Of a stretch of 64,000 nucleotides of DNA, positions 40,905-50,627 are shown piece by piece. How positions within the stretch are numbered: position 1 is the first letter of the stretch; each line of letters opens with the position of its first letter. A model generated the notes under the pieces. That model saw only the letters and a program-made list of their open reading frames with translations. It was not told where the DNA came from and did not search any database. Made by a program: the position numbers and the translations under genes. Location of the stretch: positions 753,929 to 817,928 of the forward strand of contig CAVTQK010000021.1 in assembly GCA_963736855.1 (NCBI GenBank). The letters run 5' to 3'. Source of the DNA: an uncultured delta proteobacterium. GTDB taxonomy: Bacteria > Desulfobacterota > Desulfobacteria > Desulfobacterales > UBA2156.

Positions 40905-41675
40905 ATGACGGAATTTAAGAATATCCGGATCGAGACGATCAATGGGGTGGCCAACGTCACCTTGGACAGGCCCAAGCATAATGTTCTGAATCTCCCAATG
41001 ATGGATGAATTGAGCACCACCATGGAACAACTGGCATCCGACACCGCCCTCAAGTGCGTGGTCATTTACGGCAAAGGTCCCAGTTGGTGCGCCGGCGTCG
41101 AAGTCGTCGATCATAAACCCGATGTGGTGCACAAAATGATTCCCGGCTTCAACCGGATCTTCTTTTCCATGGACAAAATCGAGATCCCTATTATCGCCGC
41201 CGTAAATGGTTTCTGTCTCGGAGGCGGCATGGAAGTGGCCATCGCCTGCGATATGATCGTTGCGACAAAAAGCGCCTTTTTCGGCCAACCCGAAATCAAG
41301 CTGGGATTCTTCCCTCCTTATGCGGCTTTCCGGCTCCCTCAACTGGTCGGTCCGGCCAAAGCCATTGAAATCTGCACCACAGGAAAGCGATACACGGCGG
41401 AAGCCTTCCGTTCGATGGGGCTTGTCACATCCATAGCGGACGATGATAAGCTCCAGTCAGAAGTGGACAAACTGCTGGGTGAAATCACTGCCTGCAGCCC
41501 CCTCATCATTCGGCTCAATAAGCGGGCTGTCAAACAACATCTGGGCATGGGATTAACGCAGGGCATGGAGCGTATCTCCGACCTGTTCCTAAATACCCTG
41601 ATGAAAACGCAAGACACCCTCGAAGGGATTGCCAGCTTCGAAGAAAAACGAAAACCGGTCTGGAAAAATCGTTAA
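40905..41675 (+). CDS. dch: Enoyl-CoA hydratase, probably cyclohexa-1,5-diene-1-carbonyl-CoA hydratase (Dch/BamR)
   Basis: CAGVEVVDH, CLGGGME, GQPEIKLGFFPP, LM.T.D..EG; context with oah and had. Confidence 0.75.
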   Translation: MTEFKNIRIETINGVANVTLDRPKHNVLNLPMMDELSTTMEQLASDTALKCVVIYGKGPSWCAGVEVVDHKPDVVHKMIPGFNRIFFSMDKIEIPIIAAVNGFCLGGGMEVAIACDMIVATKSAFFGQPEIKLGFFPPYAAFRLPQLVGPAKAIEICTTGKRYTAEAFRSMGLVTSIADDDKLQSEVDKLLGEITACSPLIIRLNKRAVKQHLGMGLTQGMERISDLFLNTLMKTQDTLEGIASFEEKRKPVWKNR

Positions 41676-41689
41676 CAGGAGGAACATCC

Positions 41690-43729
41690 ATGTCAGTCAT
41701 CCAAAAAATCGGCGTCATCGGCGCTGGAAACATGGGGAGCGGAATCGCCCAGAAGATAGCCCAGGAAGGGATCCATGTGGTCATGGTGGATTTGAAAGAG
41801 GAATTCGTCCAACGTGGGATGAACACCATTAAAGTCCTCCTCAGCGAGGGTGTCGAAAGGAAGATCTTCACGGCCGCACAGATGGAAGCCATTCTGAATC
41901 GCATCACCGCCACCACGGATTTTAACGCCGTAGCCGATGCCGACATCATCATCGAAGCGGTCTTCGAAGACAAAGCCGTCAAATCCGAACTCTTCCAAAA
42001 ACTGGATAAGATCTGCTCGAAAAAGACCATCCTGGCCACCAATACTTCCAGTTTTTTTGTTCGGGAGTTTGCCGGAAAGACCTCCCGCCCCGATCGCTTC
42101 GTCGGGCTTCATTATTTCTACCATCCGGCGAAAAATCGCCTCCTGGAAGTCATTCCCCATGACGGTACAAGTCGGGAAACAATCGAAAAGGCCATGCTTG
42201 CCGCCAAGCTCCAAGGCAAGACCGCCATCCTGGTCAAAGATGCGCCGGGATTTGCCGTAAACCGTTTCTTCGTCCCGTTTCTCAACGAAGCCGCCCGGAT
42301 GCTCGAAGAGGGTATCGCCGATATCCCTACCATCGAAGAAGCCGCCAAACGAGCCTTTCGCATCGGCATGGGTCCCTTCGAACTCATGAATGTCACGGGC
42401 ATTCCCATCGCCGTTCATGCGGCCACAACACTGGGAAACGAGATTGGTCCCTTTTATGCACCGGCGGAAATCCTGAAAAAGCAGATGGGAAAAAAGACGA
42501 ACTGGCCTCTGGATGGCAAAGTGGATGAATCCCGCCTCGAAGGGGTCATGGATCGTTTTTATGGCATCTGCCTGGGCGTTTCGGCTGCTCTCGTGGATGA
42601 AGGGGTGGCTTCCATCGAAGATACGGATCGGGGGGCAAAGGTCGGTCTTCTATGGGCTCAAGGGCCTTTTGAGATTGCCAACCGGATCGGCATCGAAAAA
42701 ACCCATGCGGTAGTATCGGCCATCTGTAAAAAATATCCGGACTTCAAGATGCCCAACCTCCTGGAAAGACAGAAACAGCTGGGCAAACCCTTTGATTTTA
42801 AATTGGTGGACTTGGAAATCCGGTCGGGTGTGGCCTCCATCACCATCAACCGGCCAGAAGCCATGAACGCCCTCAACGAGGCTGTGTTTATCCAACTCGA
42901 GGAGTACTTCACAAAAGCTGAAAAGGATCCGGAAGTCAAAGCCATCGTTTTCCGAGGCGCGGGGAAGGCCTTTGTTGCCGGCGCCGACATCCGCTATTTC
43001 GTGCAAAAAATCAAGGCGAACAAAATCGCCGATATCGTGGCATTCACCCGAAAAGGGCACGAATTGTACATGAGGATTGAAAACTGCAAAAAGCTCACCA
43101 TAGCACTTTTGGAAGGGTTGTCTTTAGGCGGCGGAAGTGAGCTGGCGCTGTCCTGCCAGGCGATTGTGGCAACACCGGCCGGGTCTCTGGCCTTTCCGGA
43201 AACCGGAATCGGCATCTTTCCGGGCCTGGGCGGCATGCTGAGATTCTCCCGGCATGTCGGTCCCGAATTGTCTAAATACTTCACCTTCACCGGACAGACG
43301 CTTTCCGCAAAAGAGGCTCAAGAACTGGGGCTCGTGACTCGGCTTGCAGAGCCCGCCGAAGTGGAGTCGGCCATCCAATTCCTCATCGCCTCGGGAAAAC
43401 CGAACAAGTATAGTCCTCGGGATATCCCGGAACGATTCAGAAACCTGGCCGCCGCCTGTTCGCCGGAAAACGTCAAGCGTCTTTTGGCTAAACAACCGCC
43501 CTTGGGCGTTTCGGGAGACCTTGCCGCCAAAATGGTCAAATCCGTCGGGTTCAAAGCACCCCTTGCCATTAAGATCGCCAACGAAATCATCGATGCCCAG
43601 GTTGGAAAAAGCATTCCGGAGGCGGTCGAAATCGAGCTTTCGAGGCTCCACGAAATCTTTTCCACCGAAGATGCTCTCGAGGGACTGTCTTCTCTGGGAC
43701 GCAAGCGGCCGGAATACAAGGGCAAATAA
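41690..43729 (+). CDS. 3-hydroxyacyl-CoA dehydrogenase / enoyl-CoA hydratase fusion
   Basis: GAGNMGSG, ATNTSS, PGFAVNR, crotonase AFVAGADI. Confidence 0.92.
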   Translation: MSVIQKIGVIGAGNMGSGIAQKIAQEGIHVVMVDLKEEFVQRGMNTIKVLLSEGVERKIFTAAQMEAILNRITATTDFNAVADADIIIEAVFEDKAVKSELFQKLDKICSKKTILATNTSSFFVREFAGKTSRPDRFVGLHYFYHPAKNRLLEVIPHDGTSRETIEKAMLAAKLQGKTAILVKDAPGFAVNRFFVPFLNEAARMLEEGIADIPTIEEAAKRAFRIGMGPFELMNVTGIPIAVHAATTLGNEIGPFYAPAEILKKQMGKKTNWPLDGKVDESRLEGVMDRFYGICLGVSAALVDEGVASIEDTDRGAKVGLLWAQGPFEIANRIGIEKTHAVVSAICKKYPDFKMPNLLERQKQLGKPFDFKLVDLEIRSGVASITINRPEAMNALNEAVFIQLEEYFTKAEKDPEVKAIVFRGAGKAFVAGADIRYFVQKIKANKIADIVAFTRKGHELYMRIENCKKLTIALLEGLSLGGGSELALSCQAIVATPAGSLAFPETGIGIFPGLGGMLRFSRHVGPELSKYFTFTGQTLSAKEAQELGLVTRLAEPAEVESAIQFLIASGKPNKYSPRDIPERFRNLAAACSPENVKRLLAKQPPLGVSGDLAAKMVKSVGFKAPLAIKIANEIIDAQVGKSIPEAVEIELSRLHEIFSTEDALEGLSSLGRKRPEYKGK

Positions 43730-43841
43730 AAGATTCGATAACGGCACTTTTCAGCCTGAAACCTGATGCAATCGGGGGGTGTTCACCGGTCCATGAAGCC
43801 CCCCTTTCTCCTTATCCGATATTTTCAAGGAGTTCGTTTTA

Positions 43842-44411
43842 ATGCCTACAAACGAGTTTCCCGTCCTGCTGATCATCGACATGGTCAAAGACAACTTTGA
43901 TCCCAAGAAAAACCTCCCCATCACCCCGCTTGCACAAAAGACGATCGACCCGATCAACCGTACGATCAGAACTTTTCGGGAAAAGAATTGGCCCATCGTC
44001 TTTTCCACGGATGCTTTCCACAAAGACGATTTCATTTTCAAAGGGAAGATGAAACCCCATTCGCTTGCCGGAACCGAGGGGGCGAAAGTCATCAATGAAC
44101 TGGAAAAAAAGGAAACCGACCTGTGGCTTCCCAAACCCCGGTTTTCAGCTTTTTTTAACACCGGTCTGGAACGGCATCTGAAAAAGCAAGGAGTCACCCT
44201 GTGCGCCGTAGCCGGAATCGCCACCCATTTCTGCGTCCTCACAACGGCCATGGACGCGCTTTGCCACGACTTCAAGGCGGTCATCTTAGAAGACTGTACC
44301 GCCGCTCCCTCTGAAGCCTTGCACCGGCAAGTTCTCGACACGTACCGAAAAAACCCCCTCTATCCCCTCTTCCGCATGCTTTCTTCCGCCGATCTCCCGG
44401 AAAGCCTATAA
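43842..44411 (+). CDS. Isochorismatase-family cysteine hydrolase
   Basis: IIDM, K.RFSAF, GIATHFCV. Confidence 0.9.
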   Translation: MPTNEFPVLLIIDMVKDNFDPKKNLPITPLAQKTIDPINRTIRTFREKNWPIVFSTDAFHKDDFIFKGKMKPHSLAGTEGAKVINELEKKETDLWLPKPRFSAFFNTGLERHLKKQGVTLCAVAGIATHFCVLTTAMDALCHDFKAVILEDCTAAPSEALHRQVLDTYRKNPLYPLFRMLSSADLPESL

Positions 44412-44697
44412 ATAGCGTTATAAATAATTGCGCATGTTTAAAGCAATAATGCCGAACGGATGCAGCCTTATAATTGCAGACGGCTGTTTTCATATTGACA
44501 GCGCATATTCTATAAGGGTATTAAAAAATTTATAGATTTTGACAACTGCAGGTTCCTATATGTTGGAGTGCAGATGATGCCAAAACACAATTCATGCCCA
44601 CACTAAATCCGTCTGTGAAAAACCGAGTTCTCATCAATGCGGTTTTATGGCGATTCTTGGCAAAGGCGCCTTTATCTAAATAGGAGGAGGAGGGACA

Positions 44698-45987
44698 ATG
44701 AGAAAAATCTGTGTGCTATTTTGTGTGGTGGGTCTGTTGAGTCTTGTAACATCGCCGCTGTTTGCCGGCGGGATCATCAACAAACAAAACATGAGCGCTG
44801 ATTATATCCGCACATTGAACCGCAACGCGGCTACCGACGCTGCGGACATCGTGGTCTACAACCCGGCGGGCGTGATGAAACTGGAAAACGGGTTCTACAC
44901 CAAGCTGGATGTCATGTACTTCAACAAGGAATACAGCAATACGGTCCCGGGTTTCGACGAGTTCGAATCCGACGAACCCTCCATCATCCCCGGCTTTTTC
45001 GCCGTTTACAAGCAGGACCGGTGGGCGGGCTTTTTCGCGGTGACCATTCCCGGAGGCGGCGGGGCGGTGGAATACCCTAATGGTGATGCCAGCACGGCAA
45101 GCCTTGCCTCATCAATCATTACGCAATACAACAGGGCAGGGTATGGTATCATTTACACCGGCATCAACAGCATGAAGCTTGAGGCCGACAGCATGGATGT
45201 GGGCTACAACATGGGAGGCGCTTTTAAAATCAACGAGATATTTTCGGTTGCCGGCGGTTTGCGCTATATCGACGCCAAGCAAAGCTTCAAGGGGGAGGCA
45301 GTCCTCGACCGAAACCTTGCCAACCCGGCGTCAAGATTATTCGGCACGACCTATGATGTCGACGTGGAACGCACCGCCACCGGCTGGGGCTACTTTTTGG
45401 GGCTGAACGTAACGCCAATCGACAAACTCAATCTGGGCCTATTCTATATTTCCAATACCGAACTCGATTTCGAATCCGAGGTTTCCGAAGACACCAATGT
45501 TGGAAGCACAACTATTGCCAGACTGCTCGGCTGGGAAGACGGCAGCAAGCAGCGCGAAGATCTTCCCGGTGAACTAGGTTTAGGGGCATCCTATATGATC
45601 ACGCCCCAGTTGCGCGTTGAAGTCGACTACACCCTTTTCCTGGAGAATAGCGCCACGTTCGAATCGGACCGTCTCGAAGGAAAAACGGGCAACAGCTGGG
45701 AGACCGGCATCGCTTTCGAGTACACCATCAACCCACGATGGAAGACGAGTGTAGGCTATCTGAGGACCGATATCGTCGGGCTGTCTACAGACAACAAACT
45801 TCCGGAAGCCCCGGAGCTGGACGCCGACACTATATCCGCCGGCGTGGTGTTCAGCCCGCTTGAACGCCTGAAGCTTACGCTTGGCGCTCTAAAAGTCTGG
45901 TATGATTCAGAAGTGATGTCCAGCGGCGTCAAGCTTGAAAAAGATGTCTGGGCCGTGGCTTTCGGCGTCCAATACCGCTTCTTCTAA
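44698..45987 (+). CDS. FadL/OmpP1-family hydrophobic-substrate outer membrane channel
   Basis: Signal peptide, YNPAG hatch motif, C-terminal YRFF. Confidence 0.85.
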   Translation: MRKICVLFCVVGLLSLVTSPLFAGGIINKQNMSADYIRTLNRNAATDAADIVVYNPAGVMKLENGFYTKLDVMYFNKEYSNTVPGFDEFESDEPSIIPGFFAVYKQDRWAGFFAVTIPGGGGAVEYPNGDASTASLASSIITQYNRAGYGIIYTGINSMKLEADSMDVGYNMGGAFKINEIFSVAGGLRYIDAKQSFKGEAVLDRNLANPASRLFGTTYDVDVERTATGWGYFLGLNVTPIDKLNLGLFYISNTELDFESEVSEDTNVGSTTIARLLGWEDGSKQREDLPGELGLGASYMITPQLRVEVDYTLFLENSATFESDRLEGKTGNSWETGIAFEYTINPRWKTSVGYLRTDIVGLSTDNKLPEAPELDADTISAGVVFSPLERLKLTLGALKVWYDSEVMSSGVKLEKDVWAVAFGVQYRFF

Positions 45988-46021
45988 CAACCGAAGCACC
46001 GCCGCATCTTTCCTCTTGTGA

Positions 46022-46055
46022 GAACCCCGGGCCGTTTGTTCCCGGGGTTCTTTTT
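46022..46055 (+). terminator. Rho-independent terminator
   Basis: GAACCCCGGG..CCCGGGGTTC followed by TTTTT. Confidence 0.8.
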
Positions 46056-46105
46056 CTTTAATCCCGCCCTTTTGACCTGCCCTGCCCTCAGAATGAGAGT
46101 CTTCC

Positions 46106-46600
46106 TTAGCCTGAAATATGGCGCCATTCCTTTGTTTTAAAGTCATAATTATATGTTTCAAATGGTATATATGTAGCCGGATATACCAAAAATGGTTCAT
46201 CGGAATTCAGGCTGTAAAATATTCGTTCTTTATGCAATAATACCTGTGTGATCCCTGCTTCTTCTGGTGAGCTTGGATAGAAGCCATTTTCTTTTTTATA
46301 TATCTCTATAGTTTTTGCTATTTTGTTTGCAATTTGCCTCGTCTCTTGATGCATTTCAGTATGAACCAAAATTACGACCAAGATGCCCGATAGCCAAATT
46401 AGAGCTTGTGAAATTCTTAGTTTTTTCTGCAAGGGATCTTTAATGCAGACCATGTATCTTTTGATGAATAATGGGATTAGAAAAATAAGGAAAAATAGCA
46501 AAATAAAGCCGGAATGACGTGGCAGGCACAGTAGGAGCATGACAGCACAAGCAATCGTCGTCTTTATAACAGGCTTTTTCAACGGCTGTGTGTTTTCCAT
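46106..46600 (-). CDS. Hypothetical membrane protein (last cassette of right array)
   Basis: ATG directly after attC; TM segments; AT-rich. Confidence 0.7.
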   Translation of the reverse strand: MENTQPLKKPVIKTTIACAVMLLLCLPRHSGFILLFFLIFLIPLFIKRYMVCIKDPLQKKLRISQALIWLSGILVVILVHTEMHQETRQIANKIAKTIEIYKKENGFYPSSPEEAGITQVLLHKERIFYSLNSDEPFLVYPATYIPFETYNYDFKTKEWRHISG

Positions 46601-46605
46601 TTGGG

Positions 46606-46669
46606 CCTTAACGCCCGGCATAAGAGGCGCGCGGTATTTTGCCTGCCTTGCTCAATGCCGATGTTCGGC
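46606..46669 (-). other. attC site
   Basis: Minus: GCCGAAC ATCGG CATTGAGC ... CTTATG CCGGGC GTTAAGG. Confidence 0.85.
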
Positions 46670-46675
46670 AATTCA

Positions 46676-47473
46676 TTATTTTTCCCCAACTGCCTTGAAA
46701 AACGTATAGCAAAACACTCCATCTGCTTCTGTTGTTCTGTACAAAGCCTTAATGCCATCATCAAAGGTTTTTTCGTCAATCAAGCCTGCTTCAACAGAAG
46801 CTTGACGAACGCCATCAATCATTGCCGTGAAAGTGTTTTTTGTGAAGCCATCGACAAGCAAAGGTTTACTCGAATCAACATAAACCATGCGCGGAGATAC
46901 GTGAATAGAATTGAACCCCGCTGCCTTTAAAAGGGGATACAGTTCTCTTCCTATATTGGCATTCCCTCCTGTTCTCTTTTGAAGTTCGATCTGGCATAGA
47001 ATAGCTCTATGCGCATCATCGTTATCAGGATAAAAATAAGTCGATCCATGATCTCCCTCGATAACAGTGATTGTACCACCGACCTTAAGAAGCTTTTTTA
47101 GGCAGTCTAGCGCTCTACCCGGCAGTGCCAAATGTTCAAGGACAAAACAAACAAAGATATGATCAAATGATTCCGGTTTAAAAGGCAAATCAAAAATATC
47201 ACCCTTTTGAAAGCTGACATTTGTGTATCCGGCTTCTTCAATTTTTTTCTTGGCTTCAGCAAGAGAGCTGCCTGATATGTCGACGGATGTTATATAAGCA
47301 TGTGGGCTGTGATGGGCCAAGGTTATGGTTTGTGCACCGACACCACAACCGGCTTCAAGAACTCGGCTCTCTGCCGGATAAAATGTATCAGAATGTAATA
47401 ATTCTACAAGAGTTGATGCTTGGTCCTGTAGCCGAATGTTTTCTCGTTGATGATATCCATGAACGTATTTCAT
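46676..47473 (-). CDS. Class I SAM-dependent methyltransferase
   Basis: VLEAGCGVG, FVLEH. Confidence 0.9.
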   Translation of the reverse strand: MKYVHGYHQRENIRLQDQASTLVELLHSDTFYPAESRVLEAGCGVGAQTITLAHHSPHAYITSVDISGSSLAEAKKKIEEAGYTNVSFQKGDIFDLPFKPESFDHIFVCFVLEHLALPGRALDCLKKLLKVGGTITVIEGDHGSTYFYPDNDDAHRAILCQIELQKRTGGNANIGRELYPLLKAAGFNSIHVSPRMVYVDSSKPLLVDGFTKNTFTAMIDGVRQASVEAGLIDEKTFDDGIKALYRTTEADGVFCYTFFKAVGEK

Positions 47474-47497
47474 ATTTATAGCCTCAATTTCCAATCC

Positions 47498-47582
47498 GTC
47501 GAACGACCAGTTTCACCGGCGGGAACATTACAGAGCGAAGCGGCGGCGTGTTCCCCGTCCGTGTAGTATGCACATATTAGCC
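47498..47582 (-). other. attC site (degenerate)
   Basis: GTCGAAC ... GGGAACA/TGTTCCC ... ATTAGCC on + strand. Confidence 0.6.
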
Positions 47583-47595
47583 GCTTGCTCTTTTG

Positions 47596-48498
47596 CTATT
47601 TCATCAACAGCAGACTCAAGGCCATGATGACCATACCGCCAATGAGACCGAAAATGCTTTCGTGTCCCTTTCCATAAGCCCGACTGGTTGGAAGCAGTTC
47701 ATCCAGACTGATGTAAACCATGATGCCCGCTACCGCTCCAAAGAGAATGCCCATCACTTGAGAGGGGATGCCCCCACTTTCACTCCCCGTCATAACGCGT
47801 AGAGCCAAGTAGCCGATCCCTGCTCCGACAGGTTCAGCCAAACCGCTTAGGAGGGAGTAAATGAACCCCTTCTTGCGATTGCCAGTAGCGTAGAAAATAG
47901 GCACCGAGACGCTTATCCCTTCGGGGATGTTGTGTAGAGCAATCGCTATCGCAATCGCTACGCCCAGGCTCGGGTCTTGCAAGGACGTAAGGAATGTGGC
48001 CAGCCCTTCCGGGAAGTTGTGGATCGCGATCGCGAGTGCAGTGAACAGCCCCATGCGCAGAATCTTTCTCTGATACATACCATGGTCGTGGACGCCGCGA
48101 GTCACCTCCTGACCAGCTTGAGCGATCGCATCAAAATCCGGGAAGGGAACGGTGCGGTCATAGAGTGGTGCGATCTCCTCTTCCGCATGCGTCTCATGCG
48201 GATTCACGGTCGATGGTATCAGGTTGTCGATGATGCCGATCAGAAACATGCCACCAAAGAAGGATGCCGCATTGATCCAGTGCGCCCAGTAATCTCCGTA
48301 AGCCTCTGCCAGTGCATCAACGCCCTTGTAGAAAATTTCTACGAAAGAAACGTACAGCATGACGCCGGCCGAGAAGCCCGTTGACACCGACAGGAAACGA
48401 TAGTTCGTCCTCTTGGCAAAGAATGCAATTGCGCTGCCTACGCCTGTTGCAAGGCCAGCAAAAACCGTCAATCCAAGTGCAAACCATACATTCGTCAT
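47596..48498 (-). CDS. zupT: ZIP-family zinc transporter
   Basis: HNFPEG, HNIPEG, SGLAEP, DELLP; ATG 48498. Confidence 0.92.
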   Translation of the reverse strand: MTNVWFALGLTVFAGLATGVGSAIAFFAKRTNYRFLSVSTGFSAGVMLYVSFVEIFYKGVDALAEAYGDYWAHWINAASFFGGMFLIGIIDNLIPSTVNPHETHAEEEIAPLYDRTVPFPDFDAIAQAGQEVTRGVHDHGMYQRKILRMGLFTALAIAIHNFPEGLATFLTSLQDPSLGVAIAIAIALHNIPEGISVSVPIFYATGNRKKGFIYSLLSGLAEPVGAGIGYLALRVMTGSESGGIPSQVMGILFGAVAGIMVYISLDELLPTSRAYGKGHESIFGLIGGMVIMALSLLLMK

Positions 48499-48513
48499 AG
48501 CATTGTACTCTCC

Positions 48514-48586
48514 GGCCAACGCTGTGGGCAAGCGGCAGGTATGGAGCGCAACGGAATACCTGTCCGACTTCACCCGCTTATTATCT
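48514..48586 (-). other. attC site
   Basis: GGCCAAC ... CAGGTAT/ATACCTG ... ATTATCT on + strand. Confidence 0.7.
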
Positions 48587-48624
48587 GCTAATTCCGAGCC
48601 CTATAAAATTTTCAAGAAAAAGAC

Positions 48625-48676
48625 TTGACATGATCAAATGATGGTTTTATATATAAGTTATTACTTAATCACTTAA
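48625..48676 (+). promoter_or_regulatory. sigma70 promoter and putative ArsR operator
   Basis: TTGACA-17-TATATA; TAAG-TTATT-ACTTAA resembles the palindrome at 49125. Confidence 0.65.
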
Positions 48677-48694
48677 TTGTTGTATTGGTAACCT

Positions 48695-49108
48695 ATGAAA
48701 ACCATGTCTTCCGAGATATTCAAAGTATTGAGCGTGGAAACACGCGTAAAAATAATCGAGATGCTTAAAACCCAGGGACCTCTGGGTGCTAAGGATATTG
48801 CAGCAACAATAGGCATAACAACTGCGGCCGTATCCCAACACTTAAAAATATTGAAACAAGCAGGTCTTGTCAGAAGCGAGAGGAAAGGATATTGGATACC
48901 ATATACAATAGATGAGAAAGCCATGGAAAATTGTCGGCAAGTATTAAATGAAGTTTGTACGTGCGGATGCAAAGGAACAGGTAATTTTAGAGAATCCGAC
49001 TCAGACAGATCAAGATTTGAATCCCTAAAAAAATATGAGGAAGAACTAAGAAATGAGCTTGCCACCGTACGACAGAGGCTTAAAGAATTGGAGGCTATGA
49101 AAAGATAG
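48695..49108 (+). CDS. ArsR/SmtB regulator with CTCGC motif
   Basis: FKVLSVETRVKI, VSQHLKILKQAGLV. Confidence 0.92.
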   Translation: MKTMSSEIFKVLSVETRVKIIEMLKTQGPLGAKDIAATIGITTAAVSQHLKILKQAGLVRSERKGYWIPYTIDEKAMENCRQVLNEVCTCGCKGTGNFRESDSDRSRFESLKKYEEELRNELATVRQRLKELEAMKR

Positions 49109-49174
49109 GCAATTTTTTTTGCCCAAGCAGTTAAGCTATTGCTTAACTGCTTAATAAGAAAGGAGGTGATCAAG

Positions 49175-49276
49175 ATGGCAGAAAAAAAGAACGTCTGCGG
49201 CTGCGGCTGCGTTCCGCTGAAGCAAGCAAATGAAAAGCCAGCCAAAGACAAAAAAGACGCCAAGAAATCTAAGTAA
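49175..49276 (+). CDS. 33-aa Cys-rich basic peptide (MAEKKNVCGCGCVPLK...)
   Basis: AAGGAGGTG RBS, ATG 49175, TAA 49274; below the ORF-track cutoff. Confidence 0.75.
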   Translation: MAEKKNVCGCGCVPLKQANEKPAKDKKDAKKSK

Positions 49277-49375
49277 GTAGAAGGTTTTTTGGCACTACCA
49301 AGGGGGATGGGAGTGTTGGGAATAATTCCTGTCCCCTTTGGTCTAACTGCAGAACTTTCCAAATGGAGGTGAAAA

Positions 49376-49867
49376 ATGAATCTATGGATACTGGCATTGA
49401 GCCATTTTATCCATGTTATCGGAACAATAGTATGGATTGGTGGAATTCTGATGACTCTTTTTGTAATATTACCAAGCTCGCAAACAGCTCTGGAATCGCT
49501 GCCAATAGTGGGCAAACTGATGAAGGAGATTTCAAAACGCTTCACTCCGATGGCAAACGTTAGTATCATTCTGATAATAGTTACAGGCATTATTATGTAC
49601 CTGTATGACAAAAACTATACATTTTTCTCAGATCTGGAAAATCGATGGAATATGTTGATTGCCTTAAAACATGTTTTCATCGCCACAATGATTATCATTC
49701 ACTTTTACAGGGGATTGATATTAAATCCAAAAATCGAAAGATTTTCCTCACAACCAAATGAAAAACAAACGTCGAAGTTAAAGAAGATTTCGTTAGACCT
49801 TGTTAAAATAAACTTTGCATTGGGAATTATAGTCCTTTTGCTGACAGCTGTCATATTATCCGTCTAA
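49376..49867 (+). CDS. CopD/DUF4149-like membrane protein
   Basis: HFIH..WIGG, IVTG, KH; GGAGGTG RBS. Confidence 0.75.
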   Translation: MNLWILALSHFIHVIGTIVWIGGILMTLFVILPSSQTALESLPIVGKLMKEISKRFTPMANVSIILIIVTGIIMYLYDKNYTFFSDLENRWNMLIALKHVFIATMIIIHFYRGLILNPKIERFSSQPNEKQTSKLKKISLDLVKINFALGIIVLLLTAVILSV

Positions 49868-49892
49868 TTATCAAAATGGGTTTTTCCATGAC

Positions 49893-49956
49893 AGATAACG
49901 CCCAGCATGAGAGGCGCGCGGTATTTTGCCCGCCCTGCTCAATGCTGATGTTATGA
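49893..49956 (-). other. attC site
   Basis: Near-identical to 46606-46669. Confidence 0.85.
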
Positions 49957-49957
49957 A

Positions 49958-50479
49958 TTATCTATTCTTCAAGTACTGTTCGATCGCCTGCCTATGTTTA
50001 GATACGTAATTACAGCTGGGCTCTTCGCCGCACTTTCGACATTTATGGTCGTATGTGGAATTGATGGTTTGGCATCGTGGACAGGAATAGTTTTCTCGAA
50101 TTTCTTTGAGCCATTGTTTATACCCAACAGACTTGATTCGTTCAAGGTTGGCCCATAGCTCTATTCGGTGAGGCATTGCAGCTTGAAACCGTTTCAGCTC
50201 ATTACAGGGATAATCTTCACATTGGCTGCAAAAGTCGATGCCCCGTTCTGCTGCGCAAGCGAACATCCTGCATTTTTCGCAATAAGGCAACCTTTTAGCC
50301 GACCGGCATCCAAAGCACTTGCTCTCTTCCTCTGAAAAATGTAGTTGAGCCGCAAGCCTTTTGAGTCTTTCATGATCCTCATTGGTGGCAATAAACCATG
50401 AGCACGCCTCACAATAAAGGCCACACACAGCAGCAAACTTTTTGTCCAATTCTTGAAGAGTATCTTCTTTCTTTTGCAT
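49958..50479 (-). CDS. DUF3795 Cys-rich protein
   Basis: CGLYCEAC..C.GC..C..C..C..YPC. Confidence 0.85.
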   Translation of the reverse strand: MQKKEDTLQELDKKFAAVCGLYCEACSWFIATNEDHERLKRLAAQLHFSEEESKCFGCRSAKRLPYCEKCRMFACAAERGIDFCSQCEDYPCNELKRFQAAMPHRIELWANLERIKSVGYKQWLKEIRENYSCPRCQTINSTYDHKCRKCGEEPSCNYVSKHRQAIEQYLKNR

Positions 50480-50525
50480 GGCAACCTCATCCTTGTTGAC
50501 TGATGTATGCCTTTATTATCCCCTT

Positions 50526-50585
50526 GCATAGCAGCGAACTCACAGGCGCCTGTTCCTTTGCGTCCTGTGTAGTTGTTGGTTCGGC
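50526..50585 (-). other. attC site
   Basis: Minus: GCCGAAC CAACA ACTACACA ... GTGAGT TCGCT GCTATGC. Confidence 0.7.
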
Positions 50586-50627
50586 TTTCACAAATGAATC
50601 ACTTTGGATTTAGGAGGCGCAACTTGT

